From: Oceanispirochaeta sp.
Lineage (GTDB): Bacteria; Spirochaetota; Spirochaetia; DSM-2461
DNA length: 64,000 nucleotides
Direction: 5' to 3'
Assembly: GCA_963666275.2 (NCBI GenBank)
Contig: CAXXOA010000002.1
Span: forward strand, 2,176,001-2,240,000
In this document: positions 28,625 through 36,431 of the stretch, piece after piece
Numbering within the stretch: the stretch's first letter is position 1
Layout: every line of letters starts with the position of its first letter
The notes under the pieces: generated by a model
What the model saw: the letters and a program-made list of their open reading frames with translations, nothing else
Database searches by the model: none
Told to the model about the DNA's origin: nothing
Position numbers and translations under genes: made by a program

Positions 28625-30958
28625 ATGGGAAATTTGAAAGTAGTAGGCAAATCAGTCACCAGAAAAGATGTGATTGATAAAGTTACCGGGATAACCAAAT
28701 ATACCGGTGATATTAACATGACCAGTCAACTTTACGGTGCATTCTACCGCAGTCCCGTACCTCATGGAAAAATTGTGAATATAGATGTCACCAAAGCAAA
28801 AGAATATCCCGGAGTCCGGGTTGTGATAACCGGGGAAGATGTTCCCTATCTCATTGGCCAGACCATTGTAGACCAGCCAGTCCTTGCTGTCGGCAAGGTC
28901 AGGATGGAAGGTGAGCCTATTGTCGGGATTGCGGCAGATACCATAGAAGCGGCCTACCGGGCCGCTGCTCTTGTGAAAGTGGAAATAGAACCTCTTCCCG
29001 TTATTGATGACGTAATGGAAGCGATGAAACCCGATTCACCCCTTGTTCATGAGAAGCTGGAAGACTATGTCAATCTGACCAAATCCCGCTGTAAAAACGG
29101 TACGAATATTTATGATCACTTCACACTCAGAAAAGGGGATGTGGAGAAGGGTTTTGAAGAAGCCGATGTTATCATTGAAAAGGAATACGACTGCGCCATG
29201 CTCAGTCATGCAACAATAGAGACCCATGCTTCGATTGCCCAGTATGAAAGAAGTGGAAAACTGACAGTCATTAGCGCCGCTCAGTCTCCCTTCAGGATCC
29301 GTGCTGAAATGGCCAGAGCCTTCGGTATGGATGAAAGTAAAATCAGGGTGATATCTCCTCCCATCGGAGGAGGATTCGGCAGTAAAGTGGAAATGCGGTC
29401 CGAACAGCTGGCCATCGCTCTGGCCATGCATTCCAACGGTAAACCCGTAAAGGTTGTTTTTTCCAGAAAAGAGGATCTTCTCGCGGGGGTGGTCAGGGCC
29501 GGTGTAAAATTCAGAATCAAAACAGGTGCAAAAAAAGACGGTACCATCGTAGCAGTCCAGTCTGATAATTACTGGGATACCGGTGCCTATGCAACTTTAG
29601 GTCCGGTTATCTCCCTGAAAGCGAATATTGCCCTGACAGGGCCCTATAGTGTTGATAATATCAAGATGGACGGATACTGTGTGGCAACCAACAAACAGCT
29701 GGGAACAGCCTACCGGGGGTTCGGGGCGGCCGAAGCCGCGTATGTCCATGAGCAGCAGATGGACGCTGTAGCAAAGGCTCTTGGTATGGATCCTCTGGAA
29801 TTGCGGCTTAAAAATGTCATGGTCGACGGCAGCAGGGGACATACAGGTGAAACCATGTTTACTGTGGCCATCAAAGAGTGTCTGGAAGCTTCTGCCGAAA
29901 GTCTGGGATGGAATTCAATGCCTTTGAGCTGGATTACTCCGGAAGGGAAAATCCGGGGAAAAGGGCTGGGGGCTTTTTTGAAATTCACAGGAACTCCCTC
30001 TTTTTCCGGTGCTACCGTGAAATTTTCCCATGACGGCTCTGTCACACTCTCCTATGGAACTACTGCCATGGGCCAGGGGGTTGGAACGATCCTCTCCCAG
30101 ATGGTTGCTGAAGAGCTTGGGATAGACATTAACAAGGTTGAAACAGTTCTGGCTGATACGGATCATGTTCCTCTGGATAAAACCACAACCTCCAGCCGTT
30201 CCACCCATCATATGGGAAATGCCGTAATCAAGGCGTGCGATGATGCGAAAAAGAAGTTGAAGCATCTTGTTTCTCTGGCCTGGAAAGTTCCAGAAGATTA
30301 CATAGAAATTGAAGATGGTGTTATCAGAGAGTCAAATGGGGGACCAGATGCCAGGCAGGTAGCCATTAATGATATAAAATCTACCGGACTTCTTAAAACT
30401 TCTGATCCCATTATCGGAAACGGCAGTTATGAAACTTCAGATCTCTGGGATAAACCGGACCCTGAAACCTATCAGACCAGCCGTTTGACTGCCATGTGGT
30501 TTTTCGGAGCCAATGCGGCAGAAGTTGAAATTGATCCTGATACGGGGAAAATTGAGGTTATTCAGGTTGCTGCCGGTCATGACGTAGGAAAGGCTATTAA
30601 TCCTCTGAACTGCATTCAGCAGATAGAAGGAGGAGTAATGATGGGACTGGGAAATGCCATACTGGAAGAGTATATCCATCGCGATGGAAAGCTAATGAAT
30701 GGAAATATGGTAGACTTTAAAGTTCCCACGACTATGGATATGGTCAAAACTGTCAAATCCATTCTCATAGAAAAAGCCCATCCCGAAGGTCCTTACGGCG
30801 CTAAGGGAATTGGGGAACCCTCCATGTGCGGCGCACCGGCCGCTATCGCTTCCGCCGTAGGAAATGCTCTGGGAATAACAGTACATACGATTCCCATAAA
30901 ACCGGAAACGATTATTGGGGCTGCCAGAAAAATTATGGAGGAAAACGATGCTTCCTGA
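28625..30958 (+). CDS. Xanthine dehydrogenase family molybdopterin subunit (complex 2)
   Basis: AQSPF, GGGFGSK, AYRGFG, MGQG, SSRST, GAKGIGEP. Confidence 0.93.
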   Translation: MGNLKVVGKSVTRKDVIDKVTGITKYTGDINMTSQLYGAFYRSPVPHGKIVNIDVTKAKEYPGVRVVITGEDVPYLIGQTIVDQPVLAVGKVRMEGEPIVGIAADTIEAAYRAAALVKVEIEPLPVIDDVMEAMKPDSPLVHEKLEDYVNLTKSRCKNGTNIYDHFTLRKGDVEKGFEEADVIIEKEYDCAMLSHATIETHASIAQYERSGKLTVISAAQSPFRIRAEMARAFGMDESKIRVISPPIGGGFGSKVEMRSEQLAIALAMHSNGKPVKVVFSRKEDLLAGVVRAGVKFRIKTGAKKDGTIVAVQSDNYWDTGAYATLGPVISLKANIALTGPYSVDNIKMDGYCVATNKQLGTAYRGFGAAEAAYVHEQQMDAVAKALGMDPLELRLKNVMVDGSRGHTGETMFTVAIKECLEASAESLGWNSMPLSWITPEGKIRGKGLGAFLKFTGTPSFSGATVKFSHDGSVTLSYGTTAMGQGVGTILSQMVAEELGIDINKVETVLADTDHVPLDKTTTSSRSTHHMGNAVIKACDDAKKKLKHLVSLAWKVPEDYIEIEDGVIRESNGGPDARQVAINDIKSTGLLKTSDPIIGNGSYETSDLWDKPDPETYQTSRLTAMWFFGANAAEVEIDPDTGKIEVIQVAAGHDVGKAINPLNCIQQIEGGVMMGLGNAILEEYIHRDGKLMNGNMVDFKVPTTMDMVKTVKSILIEKAHPEGPYGAKGIGEPSMCGAPAAIASAVGNALGITVHTIPIKPETIIGAARKIMEENDAS

Positions 30959-31835
30959 ATTTGAGTTCTACCTTCCGGAAACACTGGATGAAGCTTTTAA
31001 TGTTAAAAGACAATACGGACAGGACGCCGAATATGTAGCCGGAGGCACGGATGTATATGCCAAGATGCACACAGAAGGCCATTCCTATCCTCATATTATT
31101 GATTTAAAGAAAATCCCCGAACTGCAGGGAATTGTGGAAATGGAAAACAGGGAAATATCTATGGGATCCATGGTGACACATCATGAGATCTGGGCTTCTC
31201 CTGTTATGAAGAAGAACTACTTCATATTGACCGAAGGGGTTTTTACCATTGGTTCTCACCAGGTGAGAAACCGGGGAACCATTGGTGGAAACATCTGTAC
31301 AGCAGCTCCTTCTGCGGATGGAATAGGTCCTTTGCTGGTATTGAATGCCAGGGCTGTTGTTAAGGGCAGTTCCGGGGAGAGAGTGATTCCTCTGGAGAAA
31401 TTCTTTACAGGGCCTAAAAAAACCGTTCTTGAGGGAGATGAAGTCCTGGCCAGGATCATGATTCCTCCTGTTTCCGAAAGGAGTGGGGGGGCCTACTTCA
31501 AGTATGGAAGACGAAATGCCATGGAAATTGCTCTTCAGGCTATATCTGTGTTTCTGCAGGTGGAAGAGGACGGTAAAACCTGTTCTGATGTCAGAATCGC
31601 CCTGGGAACTTCTGCTCCCACGCCCATCAGGGCCTATGGTACAGAAGAGTATCTGAAAGGAAAGGACCTGACCAATGATACGCTTATTGCCGAAACAGGC
31701 AGAGTTATCCTGAATGAAGCCAGGCCCAGGAGTTCCTGGAGGTCTTCCGCTGAGTTCAGGAAAGATCTACTTGTGAAACTGGTTCCCAGAACCATACGCA
31801 AAGCTTATTCCCGGATAGATCAAGGAGAGGTGTGA
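30948..31835 (+). CDS. Xanthine dehydrogenase family FAD subunit (complex 2)
   Basis: AGGTD, QVRNRGTIGGNICTAAPSAD; ATG 30948 after GGAGG. Confidence 0.92.
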   Translation: MLPEFEFYLPETLDEAFNVKRQYGQDAEYVAGGTDVYAKMHTEGHSYPHIIDLKKIPELQGIVEMENREISMGSMVTHHEIWASPVMKKNYFILTEGVFTIGSHQVRNRGTIGGNICTAAPSADGIGPLLVLNARAVVKGSSGERVIPLEKFFTGPKKTVLEGDEVLARIMIPPVSERSGGAYFKYGRRNAMEIALQAISVFLQVEEDGKTCSDVRIALGTSAPTPIRAYGTEEYLKGKDLTNDTLIAETGRVILNEARPRSSWRSSAEFRKDLLVKLVPRTIRKAYSRIDQGEV

Positions 31836-32320
31836 TGAATCGAAAGAAGATAGAAATAACAGTCAACGGACAAAAATACATAAAAGAGGTTTCTGTATCC
31901 CGGACATTACTCGAGTTTATTCGGGAGGATCTGGGACTAACTGGGGCAAAAGAGGGTTGCAACGAGGGGGAATGCGGAGCCTGTACTGTTATTATGAACA
32001 GGAAACCGGTAAACTCCTGCCTGGTTCTGGCCGCTGAAACCGATGGTGCGGAAATTCTGACAGTTGAAGGGCTTGCCATGAATGGTGAACTCCATCCTCT
32101 TCAGCAGGCTTTTATGGATGAGGGGGCTGTCCAGTGCGGATACTGTACTCCCGGTATGCTGATGACTGCCAAAGCGATTCTTGATGAGTTTGATGATCCC
32201 TCGGAAGATGATATCCGAAAGCTGATGGAAGGCAACCTCTGCCGCTGTACCGGGTATAACAGGATTATTTCGACTGTTAAAAAGGTTTCCAATGCCAGGA
32301 AACATGTGACAAATCTTTAA
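31832..32320 (+). CDS. Xanthine dehydrogenase family 2x[2Fe-2S] subunit (complex 2)
   Basis: CNEGECGAC, QCGYCTPG, NLCRCTGY. Confidence 0.95.
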   Translation: MMNRKKIEITVNGQKYIKEVSVSRTLLEFIREDLGLTGAKEGCNEGECGACTVIMNRKPVNSCLVLAAETDGAEILTVEGLAMNGELHPLQQAFMDEGAVQCGYCTPGMLMTAKAILDEFDDPSEDDIRKLMEGNLCRCTGYNRIISTVKKVSNARKHVTNL

Positions 32321-32387
32321 AAACAACGGGCTGGAGTTTATATAAAGAGCTTACTAGAAGTTATGGTTCCTTTGGGGGAACTGAAAT

Positions 32388-32455
32388 TGAACTGCCCCGG
32401 ATTTTCCGGTAAAGCTGTTTTTTTTCGATTAAACAGCTTTGTGATGTAGTCTCAT
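32388..32455. mobile_element. Isolated IS3-family terminal inverted repeat remnant
   Basis: TGAACTGCCCCGGATTTTCCGG closely resembles the IS end at 49902 (TGAACCGCCCCGGGTTTTCCGG); adjacent AAAGCTGTTT/AAACAGCTTT hairpin; no transposase. Confidence 0.55.
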
Positions 32456-32501
32456 TTTTACTATATAAATCAGTAAGAATCTTTTTTCTGTATGCTGTCA
32501 T

Positions 32502-32556
32502 AAAAAAGGAGTCCCGGCTGAAAATCCTGGGTAAAGTCTGGATTTCAGCCGGGACT
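32502..32556 (-). terminator. Rho-independent terminator for the PPDK-like gene
   Basis: AGTCCCGGCTGAAA/TTTCAGCCGGGACT stem with T-run on the minus strand. Confidence 0.7.
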
Positions 32557-32698
32557 AAAATGTCAAAATTGACTGGTGCCCCGGGGATCTTGCCCGATAT
32601 ACAGTCATGTCTATTCCCGGGCGGATAACTTGTTAACTGAGCAATAAGGGATTGCCATGTTCTCCGCCTTTGTCAAAAGTTTATTTGCCTGACAGACC

Positions 32699-35044
32699 CT
32701 AGAAGCTTCCTTCCTCTTCCCGGCTTATCCCCTGCAGGAGCATCAGATCCTCATGGAGTTCCATCCATATATCATGAAATGAACCGCACATAACACCTGT
32801 GAACATTCTGGTTTCACCCGCAATTGCCAGTTTGGCAGCCTCTTTCAGGCGACTTTTGTAGCGGGCCAACCGGGGGAGAACTTCAGATAGCTGTGATAGA
32901 ACAGGCAGAATCCTATCAGCAATTGAGGCAAGAGAATCAAGCTGATACTTATCATATGCCGCATCACTATGATCATTGGGAACACCGTCTTTCAGCTGCC
33001 ATGTACTGCAAAGTTCCTTAAACTCGGAATTCAGCTTGAAGAAAGGCTGGTAAGCGGGAGAAAGGGCATGGGCCAGGTCCGGATCAGCCGTCAGGTCAAG
33101 CCGCCTCTGCTGCTCTTCGCTGCCTTCGGGAGTCAGTGTGTACATGTTTCGGCTTTCCATATGACTGACAAGCCCCTTGCTCAGAAGATTTGCCATGATT
33201 TCTGAGGGAACTTTACCCAGACTTTCCATTAATCCATCTGCTGTAATAAAACCCCTTATCCGAAGGAGGTAGAGGACAAAATCTTCATCCGCATCCAGAA
33301 TTATTTCCTCTTCCTCATATTGATCGGAGAATGGTGTATAGGTCATTTCCGAATCAGAATCTGCCGATGAGCCTTGAGTATTACTGAAGTGGAATGGAAC
33401 ATCTTCTGCAGAAACCTTTCCGGATTCAAGCAAAGTCTGTGCGACTGCCAGGCGGCTGAGAGGCACCCGGAAAGGGGAACAGCTAATAAGTTCCACACCT
33501 GTTCTGACAAAAAAGTCTACAGAGCCTGGATGACCAGCATGTTCTCCGCACACTCCCAGATTGATCGAGGGCTTGGCCTGACGGGCCGCTTTGCAGGCAA
33601 TCTCTACAAGAGAACCCACTCCTTCTGTATCCAGTATGGCAAAGGGATTCTCTTCCAGGATTCCCTTTTCCTGATAAGCCGGCAGCATCCTGGCTTCCAC
33701 GTCATCACGGCTGAATGCAAAAGTCATCTGGGTCAAATCATTTGTTCCGAAAGAAAAAAAGTCTGCATATTTCGCCAGTGCTCCCGCAACAATTGCCGCC
33801 CTGGGTGTTTCGATCATCGCTCCGATAGATATGGATTTTCCCAACAGTTGCGGATGGCCCGACTGATCCAGCGCATCTATTACCCATTGCCTGGCTATGG
33901 ACAGTTCCTTTTCATTTATCACAAGGGGGATCATAATTTCAATCAGCGGATTTTTACCCTTTTGGATGAGGTTCGCCGCTGCTTGAGCCAGTGAGCGTAC
34001 CTGCATTTCGTACAGACCGCTCCGGATCATACCCAGCCTGACTCCCCGTGTGCCGATCATCGGGTTTTTTTCATGTAGCCGTTGGGCTGATGCGAGCTCT
34101 CTGGCTTCTAAAGTACTTAAAGAGCCTGAGGCCTCTTTTGCTGTCAGTTCAATTATATCGGGAAGGAATTCATGGAGCGGAGGATCAAGCAGCCTGACTT
34201 TTACGGGCAGATTGTCCATGGCTTCAAGGATCAGCTCAAAATCAGATATCTGTGCTTTTTCAAGCTGCTCCAGACTCTGCTGGGCTTCTTCATCTGTATC
34301 GCTTAAAATGAAACGACGCATTATTGGCAGACGGTCAGGAGAGAGGAACATGTGTTCGGTTCTGCACAGGCCTATTCCCCTTGCTCCCAGAGAGCGTGCC
34401 ATGGCTGCATCTCCCTGAGTATCTGCATTGGCACGTACTTCTATATGACCGGCTTCCGCTATCTGATCTGCCCAGTTCAGCAGTCGATCAAGCTCCGGAG
34501 GGGCTTCATGTGATGAAACCTCCAGTTCTCCGATATAAACGGCACCTGTTCCTCCGTCAATCGTTAAATGATCTCCTTCCCTGACAAAAATACCATTGAT
34601 TCCAATACCGCCGGGAACAACATCTATTTCCGTGGCACCAACAACGGCAGGTTTTCCCCATCCACGGGCAACAATGGCTGCATGGGAACCAAGTCCTCCC
34701 CTTGCGGTTAATATCCCCTTGGCGGCCTGCATTCCCAGTATATCATCAGGAGTTGTTTCCGTACGAACGAGAATCACAGAACGGCCTTCATCAGATAAAG
34801 CCACAGCCCTAGCGGCATCCAGCACAATTTCTCCTGCTGCTGCGCCGGGTGAGGCAGGCAGACCTGTTGTGGCTGGTTGATAAGTCATATCCGCAGGGTC
34901 TAATCCTGCATGAAAGAACATACTCAGTTCGTTGGGATTAATTGATTTTATCGCCTGCGCGACAGTTTCTGGTGTTTGCTCATTTAGAGCTCTACTAACG
35001 GTTTCCCGGATTGTCTGATCAATAGATACCCTCGTCGTTTCCAT
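32699..35044 (-). CDS. PPDK-derived protein lacking the ATP-grasp: phospho-His domain + PEP/pyruvate barrel + acidic linker + C-terminal wHTH/helical domain
   Basis: GLPASPGAA, GGLGSHAAIVARG, GIGLCRTEHMF, RLLDPPLHEFLP, FGTNDLTQ, GVCGEH; about 200 aa extra C-terminus; ATG 35044 with GAGG RBS. Confidence 0.9.
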   Translation of the reverse strand: METTRVSIDQTIRETVSRALNEQTPETVAQAIKSINPNELSMFFHAGLDPADMTYQPATTGLPASPGAAAGEIVLDAARAVALSDEGRSVILVRTETTPDDILGMQAAKGILTARGGLGSHAAIVARGWGKPAVVGATEIDVVPGGIGINGIFVREGDHLTIDGGTGAVYIGELEVSSHEAPPELDRLLNWADQIAEAGHIEVRANADTQGDAAMARSLGARGIGLCRTEHMFLSPDRLPIMRRFILSDTDEEAQQSLEQLEKAQISDFELILEAMDNLPVKVRLLDPPLHEFLPDIIELTAKEASGSLSTLEARELASAQRLHEKNPMIGTRGVRLGMIRSGLYEMQVRSLAQAAANLIQKGKNPLIEIMIPLVINEKELSIARQWVIDALDQSGHPQLLGKSISIGAMIETPRAAIVAGALAKYADFFSFGTNDLTQMTFAFSRDDVEARMLPAYQEKGILEENPFAILDTEGVGSLVEIACKAARQAKPSINLGVCGEHAGHPGSVDFFVRTGVELISCSPFRVPLSRLAVAQTLLESGKVSAEDVPFHFSNTQGSSADSDSEMTYTPFSDQYEEEEIILDADEDFVLYLLRIRGFITADGLMESLGKVPSEIMANLLSKGLVSHMESRNMYTLTPEGSEEQQRRLDLTADPDLAHALSPAYQPFFKLNSEFKELCSTWQLKDGVPNDHSDAAYDKYQLDSLASIADRILPVLSQLSEVLPRLARYKSRLKEAAKLAIAGETRMFTGVMCGSFHDIWMELHEDLMLLQGISREEEGSF

Positions 35045-35121
35045 TTGTGCCTCTGCTAAAAAAGTCAATATATTTCTATTACTTCGTATGAATGTATTCA
35101 GTACGAATCCAAAAGAGTTAT

Positions 35122-35137
35122 TCGATTATCGATAATC
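35122..35137 (-). promoter_or_regulatory. Operator copy 5 (GATTATCGATAATCGA on minus strand)
   Basis: About 80 bp upstream of the PPDK-like start, in transcription orientation. Confidence 0.75.
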
Positions 35138-35642
35138 ATGCTACCATGGATATAGTCTGCTGTATAGGAAAAAATGCTAATGCAGGTCAATCCATTTCTG
35201 TCTGATATTTTTTCATTGTTTTCATACGGAGAGGGGATGCCAGGCAGGGGCAGAATCTGATGAAATAGGATCTGTTCATCTTCAGGGCACCATTGAAAAG
35301 TTTTAATTCTCCGAAAACTGTACAACTTATATAACTTGAAAAGGACAGAATGGATGAAAAGTGTATCCCGAGCATAATGCTGTCGTCTTCATCCCTGATT
35401 TTCTGTAGGATTTCTTCATTTCGAAGGGGCGTTTATGTCTTCCCATTTCAGCTCCGCAGTTTAATAATCTAAACTGAACTATGCTTTTCAGGAGCCGGAA
35501 AACGTTGTCTGAGAAGAGCTTTTTTACACATTTTCCTGACCCGGATTGAACAAGAACTTTCCCATACCAAAAGACAGATCCAAAAATTAAAAATATCAAT
35601 ATATGAGTTGGCAGAAAATTAATAGAAAAACTGATTATAAAT

Positions 35643-35678
35643 AAAAAACCCGGTAACTGAGGATAACGTTACCGGGCT
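35643..35678 (-). terminator. Terminator directly downstream of the tRNA fragment
   Basis: Minus strand CCCGGTAAC-loop-GTTACCGGG-TTTTTT. Confidence 0.75.
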
Positions 35679-35688
35679 AAATAAATGT

Positions 35689-35740
35689 TGCGGTAGACTG
35701 GACTTGAACCAGCACAGCCTTGCGACCACTAGCCCCTCAA
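35689..35740 (-). pseudogene. 3' half of tRNA-Leu(GAG); probable att site of an integrated element
   Basis: TT-GAG-GG GCTAG TGGTC-GCAA-GGCTG T GCTGG-TTCAAGT-CCAGT CTACCGC A: anticodon loop, long variable arm, T-arm and 3' acceptor strand; no 5' half. Confidence 0.85.
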
Positions 35741-35864
35741 TTCAGGGTATGTGGTTATGTGGTACATATAGGGCTATCTGGAGCTGTATATCAAAGCTTA
35801 TGTCGTATGATCTCAATATATGCCTTCTGGGTTTATATAATAAGAGGGTCAATATCGGGGTCAG

Positions 35865-36116
35865 TTATTTTGCATAATGCTCTGTATAGTTGTCCAGTAC
35901 TTTGCGGATAAGCTGCTGATAGGGAATATGATTTTCATGAGCGGCACTTTTAAAGAAATCCACACTTCGCTTGGATAGAGAAATCGTTATCTTCCGGGTT
36001 TCTTCTTTTGCAATTAATTGTTCAGGCGGTGGAAGAAAATCCTCTATTTCCGTTGCACTCAGAAGAGCATTTTCAATCTCCTCAGGAGCTTCTGTATATT
36101 TACTGTTTTTGTTCAT
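35865..36116 (-). CDS. BrnA/CopG-like ribbon-helix-helix antitoxin
   Basis: EDFLPPPEQL, KITISLSKRSVDFFK, PYQQLIRKVLD. Confidence 0.8.
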   Translation of the reverse strand: MNKNSKYTEAPEEIENALLSATEIEDFLPPPEQLIAKEETRKITISLSKRSVDFFKSAAHENHIPYQQLIRKVLDNYTEHYAK

Positions 36117-36255
36117 ACGATTTCCTCCCGGTTCTCCAGAATCCGGCTCCGAATATCCGGATGTTTTCCTTTCTCATTGTAAAACGAACTGTTACAATAC
36201 CATCCTCAATCTTCCCAATACAGAAATACCTGTCTTCATTTTGGCAGGAAGGGTA
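36100..36255 (-). pseudogene. N-terminally truncated BrnT-like toxin
   Basis: QNEDRYFCIGKIEDGIVTVRFTMRKENIRIFGAGFWRTGRKSYEQKQ* overlapping the antitoxin start; no N-terminal half or credible start. Confidence 0.72.
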
Positions 36256-36270
36256 CTTTTCTAAAAAAAA

Positions 36271-36302
36271 GTTTGACACCAGTGGTATGCCAGTGGTATA
36301 GT
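36271..36302 (+). promoter_or_regulatory. Promoter with TGGnATRCCA operator in the spacer
   Basis: GTTTGACACCAGTGGTATGCCAGTGGTATAGT; near-identical copy at 45629. Confidence 0.75.
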
Positions 36303-36431
36303 TTTTTTAAAAGAAAGAGAATAACTTAATTTTAAAAGTTATTTTTTGGGGGAAATCCTGCAAGATTGGTTTATTACTGGAAATAGTAAATAAATAATCT
36401 TAATGGAAATAAATCAAAAAGAGGGAAAATC

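Noticed and set aside
26194..30958. Aerobic CO dehydrogenase (CoxL)
   Set aside because: Loops read AFRGFG and AYRGFG, not AYxCSFR (form I) or AYRGAGR (form II)
16986..32320. Anaerobic phenol pathway (phenylphosphate synthase plus 4-hydroxybenzoyl-CoA reductase)
   Set aside because: No UbiD-type carboxylase, CoA ligase or CBS subunit in the window; the FAD subunits lack the Cys-rich 4Fe-4S insertion of HcrB
3510..34880. Long antisense or alternate-frame ORFs (e.g. 3510-4268, 9909-10580, 9923-10801, 19024-19932, 33374-33994)
   Set aside because: They shadow well-supported genes on the opposite strand and have no motifs
32699..35044. Housekeeping ppdK
   Set aside because: No nucleotide-binding domain and an extra C-terminal domain; it cannot run the full reaction alone
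35098..35599. Small minus-strand ORFs as the missing PPDK N-terminus
   Set aside because: No ATP-grasp motifs (GGKG, VRSG, DIEF) are visible in their translations
35689..35780. Functional tRNA-Leu gene
   Set aside because: The 5' acceptor strand, D-arm and 5' anticodon stem are absent
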